A stretch of DNA of 64,000 bases from Bdellovibrionales bacterium. GTDB taxonomy: Bacteria > Bdellovibrionota > Bdellovibrionia > Bdellovibrionales > UBA1609. Shown here one piece after another: positions 29,533 to 39,865 of this stretch. The DNA lies in assembly GCA_027317865.1 (NCBI GenBank), contig DAHVQG010000009.1:73443-137442 (forward strand), in the 5' to 3' direction. Each line of letters starts with the position of its first letter. The first letter of the stretch is position 1. Below the pieces are notes generated by a model that was not told where the DNA came from, ran no database searches, and saw only the letters and a program-made list of their open reading frames with translations. A program made the translations under genes and the position numbers.

Positions 29533-30395
29533 GCATTCACTCCGCGAAATGAGCCCAGAAAAATTCGCCGTAAAAGCAGGGGCACACCGAGTAGCATGAC
29601 AATTAATGCCACCGACAGGGCAGCCCCAAACGGCCAATCTCGAACATTCAAAAATTGTTCAGTGATTAAATTGCCCGCGAGCATCGACTTCGCGCCACCG
29701 AGAAGATCCGGTATTACAAACTCACCGAGGCAGGGGATGAAGACGAGCGTGAAACTATTGAGCGCCGCAACCCGCGTATTCGGAATAATTACGCGAAAAA
29801 GTATTTTTAAATTAGAAGCTCCTAAATCTTGCGCGGCTTCGACGAGTGCAAAATCAAACTTTTCTAACGCCGCATAAAGCGGAAAGACCATAAACGGCAA
29901 ATAGCTTGTCACCATTCCATAAAAAACGAGCGACGTGTTTTGCGTGAGCGCGTAGGGGTCGAACGGCACGTGGAGCAAATTTAGAGCCCATTGTAAAGGC
30001 CCGTCCATACCAAAAAAAATCTTAATCGCGTACACACGAATGATAAGGTTCGTAATAAAAGGTACGGCCAGTACCAACATATAAACCGCTCTTGCTTTGG
30101 GCGCTGCTGAAGCCATTGCCCAGGCCATTGGGTAGCCGATGAATAGACATAAAACGGCGGTGATCGTCGATAGTTCAAGGGAACGTAAAAATATGTTGAG
30201 ATAAATGGGTTGAAACATCCGGCGATAATTTTCGAGTGTAAAACGCCATTCGATACTGCCGTAATTACCGCGCGACAAAAAACTTAGAATCAGCACGAGC
30301 ACGAGCGGTGCCGCAACGAAAAAACCGAGCCACATAAACATTGGATAACCTAAAATTGACAACTCGGCTTTCGGCTTCAAGTCGGCGGGCCCCAA
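29529..30395 (-). CDS. potB: Polyamine ABC transporter permease
   Basis: YLPFMVFPLY, EAAQDLGA, PDLLGG, RDWPFGAA. Confidence 0.88.
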   Translation of the reverse strand: MGPADLKPKAELSILGYPMFMWLGFFVAAPLVLVLILSFLSRGNYGSIEWRFTLENYRRMFQPIYLNIFLRSLELSTITAVLCLFIGYPMAWAMASAAPKARAVYMLVLAVPFITNLIIRVYAIKIFFGMDGPLQWALNLLHVPFDPYALTQNTSLVFYGMVTSYLPFMVFPLYAALEKFDFALVEAAQDLGASNLKILFRVIIPNTRVAALNSFTLVFIPCLGEFVIPDLLGGAKSMLAGNLITEQFLNVRDWPFGAALSVALIVMLLGVPLLLRRIFLGSFRGVNA

Positions 30396-31516
30396 GCGAC
30401 CGCTGACCCCATCGAGGGGCAGCTAAAAATAAAAGTGTCGGCGGGCGAAAAGTGGGCTGTTACCGATGCCCCGACGTGAACTTCAGAATTCATTTTTTCT
30501 GGCGGGACAAACGCGCGCAACCGTTGTTCGGGGCCAATACCTAGATGCAACTCATAATGCAGTCCTTTAAATGCCATATTTAAAACGGTCGCACGAAGAG
30601 CATTGTGTTCCGGAGACGAACCTAACTGCACCTTTTCAGGCCGTACAAAAGCTTCTGCTTGAACTCCTGGCTGCACAATCCCCATATTTTTTATGTTTCC
30701 GCGAATAAGCTGACCATTTGGCATTTGAAGCGAATGCTGGTCGACGGCTGAACCACGAATCGAACCCATGCTCCCCACAAACTGGGCTACAAAATGCGTG
30801 CTCGGGCGCTCGTACAGTTCTTCAGGAGTCGCAACCTGCTCAAGATTGCCGTTGTTCATCACTCCGATGCGATCCGATAAAGCAAACGCTTCTTGCTGAT
30901 CGTGCGTAACAAAAATGAATGTGATCCCTAGGCGTCGCTGAAGCTCGCGAAGTTCCGTTTGCATGTATTCGCGCATCTTTTGATCAAGTGCCGAAAGCGG
31001 TTCATCGAGCAGTAAAATCTTCGGTTCATTGACGATGGCCCGCGCCACTGCAATCCGCTGTGCTTGCCCGCCAGAAAGCGTGTCGGGCAGGCGATCACGA
31101 TAATTCCACAATCCAACAAGGCTTAGAGCATTTTCTACGCGCTTTCGTAATGTGAAATCGTCCACATGCTTCACGCGCAGGCCGAACGCCACATTTTCAA
31201 AAACCGTCAGGTGCGGAAAAAGCGCGTATCGTTGAAAGACCATATTAAAAGGCCGGTCTTGCGGCCGTAGATTATCGATTCTGTGTTCGTTCCAAAACAA
31301 CTCGCCACTTGTGGCGGTTTCAAACCCGGCAATAATTCTGAGGAGTGTTGTTTTACCGCAACCGCTTGGGCCAAGAAGCGAAAAAAACTCGCCCGTTTTT
31401 ATTTCGAGTGAAACGCCGTTAAGCGCATTCACGCCACTTTCACGTTGACGGTCTTCTGGAGTCGCATTTCTCGCTGGACTACCAAAATTTTTGAACATAT
31501 TGAGAACACGAAGCAC
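30377..31516 (-). CDS. potA: Polyamine ABC transporter ATPase
   Basis: GPSGCGKTT, VFQRYALFPH, LSGGQ, LLDEP, C-terminal TOBE-like region. Confidence 0.88.
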   Translation of the reverse strand: MLRVLNMFKNFGSPARNATPEDRQRESGVNALNGVSLEIKTGEFFSLLGPSGCGKTTLLRIIAGFETATSGELFWNEHRIDNLRPQDRPFNMVFQRYALFPHLTVFENVAFGLRVKHVDDFTLRKRVENALSLVGLWNYRDRLPDTLSGGQAQRIAVARAIVNEPKILLLDEPLSALDQKMREYMQTELRELQRRLGITFIFVTHDQQEAFALSDRIGVMNNGNLEQVATPEELYERPSTHFVAQFVGSMGSIRGSAVDQHSLQMPNGQLIRGNIKNMGIVQPGVQAEAFVRPEKVQLGSSPEHNALRATVLNMAFKGLHYELHLGIGPEQRLRAFVPPEKMNSEVHVGASVTAHFSPADTFIFSCPSMGSAVAWGPPT

Positions 31517-31575
31517 TTACACCCACCCGTTTGATGAAGTTATATGGTCGCCTAAAATATGAAAGGTCGGAACGA

Positions 31576-32625
31576 ATGTCGATAAATAATTTTAAAATCT
31601 GCACATATGCGATCATTTTTTTGTCGCTGTTAACGGGTTGTACCCACCAGTCGGCCAAAGCAAAAACTGTCAATCTTGCCATTTGGGGCAATTACTTGGC
31701 ACCCAATGAGGCCAAAAAATTCGAAAAAGAAACGGGAATACAGCTCAACATTTCAAATTACTCCTCAAACGAAGAGCTTTTAGCGAAGGTTCAGGCGGGA
31801 GCCGGGGGGATCGACGTTGCTGTTCCATCGGATTACATGGTGGCGATCATGATCAAGCTTGGGCTTCTTCACAAGATCGGCAAGAAGCTCATTCCCAATT
31901 CTAAACACCTTGATCCGGCGGTTTTGCACCAACCCTATGATCCGACAAACGAATATTCGCTCCCTTACGCCTGGTCGACGGCCGGTATTGCGGTCAATCG
32001 CGAATTGTACAAAGGCAAAATCCGGGGTTGGCATGACGTATTCAACAACCCAAAGCTTGCCGGTAAATTTTCGCTTCTCGATGACGTGCGCGAGGTTATG
32101 GCGGTCGCGCTCAAATATAACGGTTACTCCGTGAATTCGACAAATCCAGCACACCTTAAAAAAGCCGAAGCGACTCTCGAACATATCATGCCGCAGGTGA
32201 AGATGTTCCGGTCGGATGCTGTTGACGTCCTTCTCAGCAAAGAAGTGGCGGTGGCTCATGCATTCTCAACAGACGCTCTGATTGCGGCGTCTCACAATCC
32301 CCATATTCAGTTTATATTGCCATCTGAAGGGGGCACTCAATCTATTGATAATTTGGTGATTTTAAAAAATGCGCGACACGTTTGGGCGGCTCGCAAACTC
32401 ATCAATTTTATGCTTTCAAAATCGGTTAACCTCAGTTTCGTTGAACACGAATGGGGGCGACCTGTGGTTTTAGGGGTTCGCAAACTTCTGCCAAAAAATA
32501 TGCAAGACAACCCGGCTTTGTTCCCAAAACCAGCCGCGCTTAAGAAATTTCAGTCCATTCGGGATTTAGGGCCCAAAGCAACGCAAATGTACGATGATAT
32601 CTGGACGCGCATAAAAAGCGACTGA
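31576..32625 (+). CDS. potD: Spermidine/putrescine-binding lipoprotein
   Basis: Lipobox LTGC; WGNY, SNEEL, PSDY, YSLPYAW, PSEGG...DN; divergent from potABC. Confidence 0.88.
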   Translation: MSINNFKICTYAIIFLSLLTGCTHQSAKAKTVNLAIWGNYLAPNEAKKFEKETGIQLNISNYSSNEELLAKVQAGAGGIDVAVPSDYMVAIMIKLGLLHKIGKKLIPNSKHLDPAVLHQPYDPTNEYSLPYAWSTAGIAVNRELYKGKIRGWHDVFNNPKLAGKFSLLDDVREVMAVALKYNGYSVNSTNPAHLKKAEATLEHIMPQVKMFRSDAVDVLLSKEVAVAHAFSTDALIAASHNPHIQFILPSEGGTQSIDNLVILKNARHVWAARKLINFMLSKSVNLSFVEHEWGRPVVLGVRKLLPKNMQDNPALFPKPAALKKFQSIRDLGPKATQMYDDIWTRIKSD

Positions 32626-32981
32626 GCGACTTTTTGTAGGTTAATTTTGCGTCGAACTATTTACCCGTTGTATTCGTAACCAACTGCCTAGCCCACACAC
32701 TGTTGGATATACGCGCGCAGTTTTGAAACGCCAAAATGATCCCCCCAGACGCGAGGATAATAATCCACATTTTTAAACTCGTCCGCTTCTTAGACATTGT
32801 GATCCGTCTTTCGCTCGTTAACCTTTGATATATAATAACGTACGGATGCCCAGTTGACGAAAAGATGATGCGTGGTCATCGACTAAAGGCTCGTTTTTTG
32901 GAAGGGTTAGATATCGCCGTTAAATTCCCGACAATTGCTAATATTAAAATTAAGCAAAACGCGAGCATCTCTTAACCCTTG

Positions 32982-34226
32982 CTATTTAAAGCGTGCCATG
33001 ACCCGCTTCATGACAGATTTAATATTGGATCTGTTTATTTTCTTTGTTGAGGCCGGAATTTCTTCGATAATTTGACGTAAATGGGCGTCCATTTTTTCGC
33101 GTAATATCTCTGCTTTTAAATCTGCCGCACTGATTCGGCCAACGGATAATATCGCCTCACGAATTCTCATTATATATAGTGCGCGTCGTGTTTTGTCCTC
33201 ATCTAATAACCCAACGATATCGTGGCCATCGGGTAACCCGACTTCCATATTGTTGTAACCCTCTGTACGGGTCATGTAATCATGTACGATTGCGAGTAAT
33301 TCAGTATCGGGATAAGGCTGAGACTCTATAGCTCTGGTGACACTATCGAGAAATATCAACCGTTCGCGCAAAATTTGAACGGCTTCGATTCCAGCAATCC
33401 AGGCGAGAGTGTGAACATCGAGATCGTGCCAATGGGTATTGTAGTCACTTTTGCTCGAACGTCCGATTTGCGAATCCCGAGCGATCATGCGAACCCAATC
33501 GAGCATTTCGATTTTGCCGTTGGCTTCTTTAGAACTCAAACTGTCCTGAACGCGCCACTCTGCGAATAAGCGCTTAAGTCTGATATTAAAGCTTTTTTCG
33601 TCTGGATAAAAAATAATTCGATTTTTTTCATCGAGGGCAAACCCGAGTTGCCGGGCAATTTTGAAATGTTTTGCAAATTTATAAATGACAAAGCCGCTCG
33701 AGTAATCCGCTTGTTCATGCTCGGCAACTCTTTTTGCATACCGGGCCCGATTGATAAATCCAGATGTTTCGGGGTCTGGAATTTCATCGAGCCAAATATA
33801 ATCAGTGTCAGAATATTTCGGGAGGGGAATATGTTTTAAATCTTCATCATATGTTTTTTGAACCTCAGGAGATTCAATAATCTCCCGGACATCAAAAGTA
33901 TCAATCAGTGCATTTTCAAACATAAGCGTAATTTTGCCGCGTTCATGATCAATCGCGATCACTCGCGCTGTTTTACCCTGCATATTTTCATAACGATTCG
34001 ATTGCAAATTACGGACTTGGCGCTTTCCTGTATAACTCAGCAATTCGCCCTTTTTAATCGTGTGCCCTTGAAACACTAATTTATCAAAATCATGAAGGTG
34101 TCTAGGATAAGGAGCACTGGCCAATATCGACGGGCAATCGCCGCTATCCGCCGCACTTGTTGCAATTGCGTACGTCGGTAAAGCAAAAGTTAAAATAGCA
34201 AAAATCGCCGTGAATAAATTCAGCAT
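32982..34226 (-). CDS. Secreted hypothetical protein
   Basis: 414-aa ORF; signal peptide; CPSIL near the mature N-terminus; HWHDLDVH His cluster. Confidence 0.65.
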   Translation of the reverse strand: MLNLFTAIFAILTFALPTYAIATSAADSGDCPSILASAPYPRHLHDFDKLVFQGHTIKKGELLSYTGKRQVRNLQSNRYENMQGKTARVIAIDHERGKITLMFENALIDTFDVREIIESPEVQKTYDEDLKHIPLPKYSDTDYIWLDEIPDPETSGFINRARYAKRVAEHEQADYSSGFVIYKFAKHFKIARQLGFALDEKNRIIFYPDEKSFNIRLKRLFAEWRVQDSLSSKEANGKIEMLDWVRMIARDSQIGRSSKSDYNTHWHDLDVHTLAWIAGIEAVQILRERLIFLDSVTRAIESQPYPDTELLAIVHDYMTRTEGYNNMEVGLPDGHDIVGLLDEDKTRRALYIMRIREAILSVGRISAADLKAEILREKMDAHLRQIIEEIPASTKKINRSNIKSVMKRVMARFK

Positions 34227-34658
34227 AATTGTGACAACGTCTTATCACAAAACGTGTCGTCAGCGACAAAATATCGAAATGAGGCGGCATAAATCGCATT
34301 GGTTTTGTAATTGATTTATGTGTGAGTTACGTGTTGTTTCTGATAAGTTATATTATGTTACGTATGCGATTTATCTCATTTTGTAACTTTTTGGGCGCTT
34401 TTACGTATTGCAGATTGCGCTTGTTGTATCGAACCAACTGTTTTCAGAATTACCGCTTTAGAAGCTCCTTTGCATTAACCTTATCTAGTAAATTTAAAGT
34501 GTTATCTAATGATAATTATAGACATTTTTTGCTTAATGCTAAACCCGGATCGATTTTACAAAATAACAATCCGGGTATTGTGTCACGGCTCGGACTTCAT
34601 AGTGTGCGCGCTAGCCATGTCGATTTGGGGGTATTCCCAGACCAGTATCAAGTCTGGA

Positions 34659-34907
34659 CTAATGTCGGTCCGCTTGCCACGCTTGTCGAAGCTCACCTTG
34701 TGCTTGTTCAATATCATGAATGGCTGCCACACGATGCCCTTTGAAATCATGAGCTGCATGTTGAAGAACGCGCTTCGCTCGATTTAATATCATCATCGCC
34801 CGATGAATTTTGCGATGATTTTCACGATGTTTGGGCGCAGCAACGCTGCTCAATCCGAACAATAAAATACCGGCAACCAATGTCGTCTTTATTTTTGTTG
34901 ATATCAT
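34659..34907 (-). CDS. Small secreted helical protein
   Basis: ATG 34907 with GGAG RBS; signal peptide; A.HDFKGHRVAAI..I..A pattern. Confidence 0.65.
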   Translation of the reverse strand: MISTKIKTTLVAGILLFGLSSVAAPKHRENHRKIHRAMMILNRAKRVLQHAAHDFKGHRVAAIHDIEQAQGELRQAWQADRH

Positions 34908-35014
34908 ATTTTGATCTCCCATTTTATTTGAGTTGCTCCAATCGAGTGTAATGAAAATTAAGTGATTGTAAATGTTAACAGTACCTCGACATAAGGCTGA
35001 GATAACCGTTAAAA

Positions 35015-35608
35015 TCAATTTCCCTCTCCATTTACGGTTTTAACAAACTTGCATAAAGGTATTCGCGCAGAAATTCCGCCTGATTGCACTGAAGTGAGTA
35101 TTTTGCAAGTATTGTAACCTTCACTGCGAAACTTGGCTTCGGCATATACGTAGATCGATTTCGAGACTTTGGGGGTTCGGCTCAGGAGCCAGGCATAACT
35201 GGTGGTTGGATCCCCTATGAGAGCGTACGAATAGTCTGGAGCTACGTCGAGTATCCAATAATCCCCGCCAAAAGCAAAAACCCAATAGCCGAAGATCTTC
35301 ACAAACGTCACTTTGAGTTTCGAATTGGTTGTCGAATCCACAATTTCAGCACGCCCCAAGGCTACTGACCGACGACCTTTTGCTGTTTCGCATGAATTGA
35401 CAACTTTGATGCGCCCACTTTTAGACAAAGAGTACTCGGCCATCGTGTTACCCACGCACTGACGCTGAAAATATTGGGGGATGCTCGCCACCTCATACCA
35501 TTTGCCTAAATATTTATTTAGGTTCACGTGTGCGGCAGTTGTCACGCTGGCATTTGCCATAATTCCAATTAAACCCGATAGCAATATTGTCATCTTTATT
35601 GTTTTCAT
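35015..35608 (-). CDS. Lipocalin (Blc-like)
   Basis: KYLGKWYEVA, IKVVNSC, KLKVTF, GDYWIL, WLLSRTP. Confidence 0.88.
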   Translation of the reverse strand: MKTIKMTILLSGLIGIMANASVTTAAHVNLNKYLGKWYEVASIPQYFQRQCVGNTMAEYSLSKSGRIKVVNSCETAKGRRSVALGRAEIVDSTTNSKLKVTFVKIFGYWVFAFGGDYWILDVAPDYSYALIGDPTTSYAWLLSRTPKVSKSIYVYAEAKFRSEGYNTCKILTSVQSGGISARIPLCKFVKTVNGEGN

Positions 35609-36024
35609 TTTGTCCCCTCAATTTGTTTTTTAAATCTGTAGCCTAGGGCCCATGTTGTCGTACCGCAAAGAACGCATCCCCATAAAATGTCTGCAACCGC
35701 AAAAAGCATTGGGTAGCCTTTCAAAATAGATAAATTCGTTAAATCAAAAATCCCATAGATAACCAGGCCAAGAGCTGCCCCTTGAAAAAACGCAACAATA
35801 CCCGATTTAGCTATAATGGCTTTTGGGATCGAAAAATGAGCGACAGCAAAGGCCAGTAAGAAGTACGCCAATATTGTAGGCAGCACGAGCACTTGAAAAT
35901 GACCGTTTTCAACGCGGCCGATGGATGACAACTGGTTTAGGTTGAATTTTTTCATAATGAGATCCAACCAAATGAAATCGAGAAAAAGTATCATCACGAG
36001 CGAAGCAAAAAAAGACTTTATCAT
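35605..36024 (-). CDS. DUF2177-like membrane protein
   Basis: LDFIWL, GAALGLVIYGIFDLTN, DILWG. Confidence 0.8.
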   Translation of the reverse strand: MIKSFFASLVMILFLDFIWLDLIMKKFNLNQLSSIGRVENGHFQVLVLPTILAYFLLAFAVAHFSIPKAIIAKSGIVAFFQGAALGLVIYGIFDLTNLSILKGYPMLFAVADILWGCVLCGTTTWALGYRFKKQIEGTK

Positions 36025-36452
36025 TTCAGCTCACCTTTTTAATAATTCTAATAAAATTAGTTTTTGTATAGTTTTTTTGGTGCGATTTAAAGAGCGTTCA
36101 TAGCGAACGTATAACTTACCAAAAGTCTTGTGTTAATGTATCAAGTTTGACGAGCTTTTCCAGGCAAGGAATCACCGATGGCGATTCCTCAAATAACCAG
36201 TTGGTATGCTTCGGGTAACATAGCCACCATATTATGGTTAGCGGCAGTACCTCAGCGGCGAAATTAAATTTGAACTTGAAAACGATGTTCGGTGCCCGCG
36301 TGAGTTTCTTCGCGATTCCATGACTTCCCCTTACTACAGAAAAACTGTCCTGTCGAATTGGGGGCCATTCCAATTTCTTATTAGAGCCAGATGTTTAATA
36401 GATGATTTTTAGAAACAATTGTAGTATCAAGTGCCTCTAAAAAAGGGAATAT

Positions 36453-36902
36453 ATGATAAAGTCACTCATTGTTTTATTTATGGTCACAGTTTTCGCTGGA
36501 GCCGTGCATGCCGCCCAAGTCACTCCTGTCTTGAGGTGTTTGCCACCAGCAACTTCCACACTATTTGGGTTTCAAATCTCCAGTCTAAAACAATGTGTGA
36601 ATTCACCAGAAGGGCCGATTTGTAATAACAACGTTGCATTTACGGCACTTCGGTTTGACCCGCAAACACAAACGTGGCAAGCCACGCAGTTCGTCGATAT
36701 GGCTGCGTTTTTTCAAGTCAATAAGCAAAAACAGACCTTTGAATTTCATCAAGTTGGGAGCAAAAACTTTGCCGGAGAACACTGCGATGTGTCTGTTCAT
36801 GGTCGCCATACCGTGATCAACTTAGATCTTGGTACTGGAGACCAATATGGAATGCTCAACACCCATGGAACAGTAACCAACTACTCTTGCGATTTTCTGT
36901 GA
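36453..36902 (+). CDS. Secreted Cys-containing hypothetical protein
   Basis: Signal peptide ending VHA; AAGGGA RBS. Confidence 0.6.
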   Translation: MIKSLIVLFMVTVFAGAVHAAQVTPVLRCLPPATSTLFGFQISSLKQCVNSPEGPICNNNVAFTALRFDPQTQTWQATQFVDMAAFFQVNKQKQTFEFHQVGSKNFAGEHCDVSVHGRHTVINLDLGTGDQYGMLNTHGTVTNYSCDFL

Positions 36903-37192
36903 GAGCTATAATCCCGTATTGTTACGAATAGTCGCGGCTCAGGAATGGCTTCGGCTGATCATTGAGTCTCGCTGCTCGCCAAGCTCGCGGTACCTTTCAG
37001 TCACGCAAAATGCGCGCCGTTAACTCGCGCTCACTTGCGCCAACAGTCCAAATCTTGCCATTGGGTCCGTTTCAGAACGAGACGGTATATGCAATGAACG
37101 AGCACTCCAGATTAAACACGACGGCCAGAAGTCTGGAGCGAAATGCCACGGCATTTGAGATGAGCGCAACGCTATAAGTAGCTACGATGGAG

Positions 37193-37855
37193 TTAGATTT
37201 TTGTGAAGTTGCCCTGAATCTTATCGAAAAATGTTCGAAACGCCGAACCTGGGGGCAAATATTTGTCGACCGTGCTTTGGGCGTCAGATGATGTGAGTCG
37301 GTCGGCTTCTTTCCAGAGATCCTCAAAAATGTGTGCCGTCGAGCCGACGGCCAGAGATGGAAAGGCACCGTCGTCCACTTCGCCGAAGGCGATGACGAGC
37401 ATCCGCAAGAACAGATCTTTGAGCGCCCGTTGGTAGGTCGGTTCATGAAACCTGCCGCGCAAGTCAGTTCTCTTTTTCAGTTCGCGGGTTGAAAGAGGCG
37501 AATCCATTTCAAGCTCGTCGAGAAGAAGCCGGGCTGTTGCGCTTAAACCTATTTTTAAATTGTGCGTCTGCTTCAGCCTTGCCAACATCGCCGTGAAGAC
37601 GTCTCGCGAAAAGAAAGTGGCCCGGCCCTGATACCATTTTGAATAAACAACGTCGCGACAATCGGAGAGCTCTTTCATGAGCGTCCACATTTTAAAGACG
37701 CGGTTGTCGCCGCCTTCGTCCCATTCCCATTTCATCTTCGTGCGGGGATGAAATTCACTCCAGAGCGAGAGCGGCACCTTCTGATTGGCGCGCGGAAAGA
37801 CCAGGAGAATGCCACGCTTGTTTATTATCTCAATCGCTTTTGCTTTATCGCCCAT
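37193..37855 (-). CDS. AlkZ/YcaQ-related winged-helix protein
   Basis: GILLVFP..PLSLW, VVYSKWYQGRATF, PLSTRELK, RALKDL pattern; GAGG RBS. Confidence 0.6.
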   Translation of the reverse strand: MGDKAKAIEIINKRGILLVFPRANQKVPLSLWSEFHPRTKMKWEWDEGGDNRVFKMWTLMKELSDCRDVVYSKWYQGRATFFSRDVFTAMLARLKQTHNLKIGLSATARLLLDELEMDSPLSTRELKKRTDLRGRFHEPTYQRALKDLFLRMLVIAFGEVDDGAFPSLAVGSTAHIFEDLWKEADRLTSSDAQSTVDKYLPPGSAFRTFFDKIQGNFTKI

Positions 37856-37980
37856 AAGACCTCGTCGCGTAGTGAATGATCCTAAGCCGACGAAACGCCG
37901 AAATCAAATCGAGGTCGACTCGTTGAGTGAAAACTTTTAATTTTGCAAATAGCCTTCTATAAAGAAAGTAGGAGATTATT

Positions 37981-38511
37981 TTGGAACAAGTTGAAGACCG
38001 AAAAGACATTTTGTTCAGCACTCCACGTTTAGTCTGCCGTCGCATCGACACTTTTGACTTAGAAGCGTTGGAGCACGTCTATGGAGATGCAGAAGCCATG
38101 AAGTGGGTCGGAGATGGTCAGCCACTCACCCATGAGTTGTGCTTAAAATGGATCGACGTCACTAAAAAGAATTACATTAAACGAGGGTACGGAATGTCAG
38201 CTCTGGAACTGAAAAGCTCGAAAGAAGTGATCGGATTTTGTGGAATTGTTCATCCTGACCAGCAAAAAAATCCTGAGATCAAATATGCATTCCTCAAAAA
38301 ATATTGGGGCGTTGGTTTTGCAACGGAAGCCGTCTCAGGACTTTTAGAATATGGGTTTAATGAACTTCAACTTTCTGAAATCTTTTCGACAACATTTGAG
38401 GCGAATACACTTTCGAACAACGTACTTCGTAAAAATGGCTTTGAACAGATTGATCGTCGATCAGAAGCAGGCCTGCCAGACGTTATAATTTGGAAAATTT
38501 CACGGATTTGA
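37981..38511 (+). CDS. GNAT (RimJ/RimL-like) acetyltransferase
   Basis: TPRL, IGFCG, PEIKYAF..YWGVGFATEA, N..S..VL.K.GF. Confidence 0.85.
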   Translation: MEQVEDRKDILFSTPRLVCRRIDTFDLEALEHVYGDAEAMKWVGDGQPLTHELCLKWIDVTKKNYIKRGYGMSALELKSSKEVIGFCGIVHPDQQKNPEIKYAFLKKYWGVGFATEAVSGLLEYGFNELQLSEIFSTTFEANTLSNNVLRKNGFEQIDRRSEAGLPDVIIWKISRI

Positions 38512-38568
38512 ACCTCTGATTCTCCGCCCGCTGGCATCAAGAGCCTATGGTTCGTGCAAAGTATCGAC

Positions 38569-38576
38569 TGGTGCCC
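38569..38576 (+). repeat. Left att core TGGTGCCC (copy of tRNA 3' end GGGCACCA)
   Basis: Identical to 46693-46700; both copies have GGTTC starting exactly 20 nt upstream (38549, 46673). Confidence 0.65.
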
Positions 38577-38721
38577 GTTGCCCTACTCTAGACGAGTATT
38601 TGGTTTGGGTCGAAAGTTACCCAATCCAATGGTGGGAACCTCGCTTTAATCTGGCGGAGCTGGCAAAACGCCGCAGGATTAGCCGAGACACTCCACTTAA
38701 CTCAAATACAGGAGGGTAAAC

Positions 38722-38910
38722 TTGTATCGAATTTTATTTATTTTGATGGTCCTTGCATCCATTAAGCAATTTGGGCTCAGGCCAACCGATTTGCTTGGGT
38801 GCCATTCGCCCGCATGCGTGCAACGGGTAGAAGCGGCTACCCGTCGCGTGCTAAAGATTGATTGGAAGCCAATTGTGGTGTTTCCTTACGCGGCGAAACG
38901 CTTCCATTAA
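38722..38910 (+). CDS. Small hypothetical protein (element-encoded)
   Basis: TTG start after GGAGGG RBS; hydrophobic N-terminus, CxxxxC, IDWKPI.VFP. Confidence 0.6.
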   Translation: MYRILFILMVLASIKQFGLRPTDLLGCHSPACVQRVEAATRRVLKIDWKPIVVFPYAAKRFH

Positions 38911-39011
38911 TTAATGCAACCACTGCCTAACGGTTGGCGCCATGAGCCTTTCCTTTTAGTGATCGAACCTTTATAAGTAGATTCCCTGTAATTGATTCTA
39001 GGAGCCGACAA

Positions 39012-39377
39012 GTGAATTTTTGGGAATCTTTCGGAACCGGTGTTTTAGGCAGCGTGGTCGCCTCGGTTATTATCTCAGTATTTGCGGTCCGTTTTTTAAA
39101 GCGCAGCCTGCACGATAGAATAAATGAGTTAATCAATGCTGATCAAAGCGCAAGGCGAATTAAAGAGTCCATCGCAGGAGCCCTATCGTTTTTAGATCGC
39201 GCTCAAATTAATATACACACCCAGTTGGTAGACCCCAACATTAATAAAGCTGTCCCAAACTGGTTCAATAGCGAAATTAATGAGATCCGCATGTCAATCA
39301 ACACAGCGGCGAGCGAAGTTGATTCATTGAGAGGCAGCCTCGATACTATCGCAAGAGCCGGGAGAAAATTACAATGA
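39012..39377 (+). CDS. Hypothetical protein, N-terminal TM plus helical region
   Basis: GTG start after AGGAG; overlaps the next gene by ATGA. Confidence 0.6.
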   Translation: MNFWESFGTGVLGSVVASVIISVFAVRFLKRSLHDRINELINADQSARRIKESIAGALSFLDRAQINIHTQLVDPNINKAVPNWFNSEINEIRMSINTAASEVDSLRGSLDTIARAGRKLQ

Positions 39378-39853
39378 CAAACAATTTGAAAGACATGCTA
39401 ATTCAGGGGCTAACCAAAGTTAGTCAAGAGAAACAAGCTGCCCAACAAAATGCGAGAAAATTTGCTGATGCATATCAGTCTTTAGTGGCAGAGCTTCGGG
39501 AATTTACTTCCGGGGCGCCCGTTCAAATTGCGGCGAGCAATATGACTTGGGATGTATATGGCTCATCGATTCCGATGACACCTTTAAATTTTTTCGCTGA
39601 TAATGCGGCCCAATTTGCTCTGCAACCGCAGATCCAAACGGGCGGTGCTGCACCTTCAGCCACAAGCTTTAAGCTAATGGTGACTGCAACCAGGATAGCT
39701 GAAAGTTTTCCGAGGGTAATTTATTTTAACCCGACGAATTCAACCTGGACATCAAAGGATCCAGGAACTTTATCGGGTCTAATTGGTCAGTTTAACATTG
39801 ACCCTGAGCAATTCAAAAGAGCACTGGTTTACGCGCTTACGGGCCAACAATAA
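39374..39853 (+). CDS. Hypothetical protein
   Basis: 159-aa ORF; GGAG RBS; translationally coupled to the upstream ORF. Confidence 0.65.
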   Translation: MTNNLKDMLIQGLTKVSQEKQAAQQNARKFADAYQSLVAELREFTSGAPVQIAASNMTWDVYGSSIPMTPLNFFADNAAQFALQPQIQTGGAAPSATSFKLMVTATRIAESFPRVIYFNPTNSTWTSKDPGTLSGLIGQFNIDPEQFKRALVYALTGQQ

Positions 39854-39865
39854 AATTTGCGGCAA

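Noticed and set aside
36290-36297. CGGTGCCC as an alternative left att site
   Set aside because: Only 7/8 match, no GGTTC at either expected spacing, and the frame closes after a few codons.
36116-36373. 85-aa minus-strand ORF, and the 34322-34787 plus-strand ORFs
   Set aside because: No convincing RBS or motif, and atypical composition; probably non-coding or decayed sequence.
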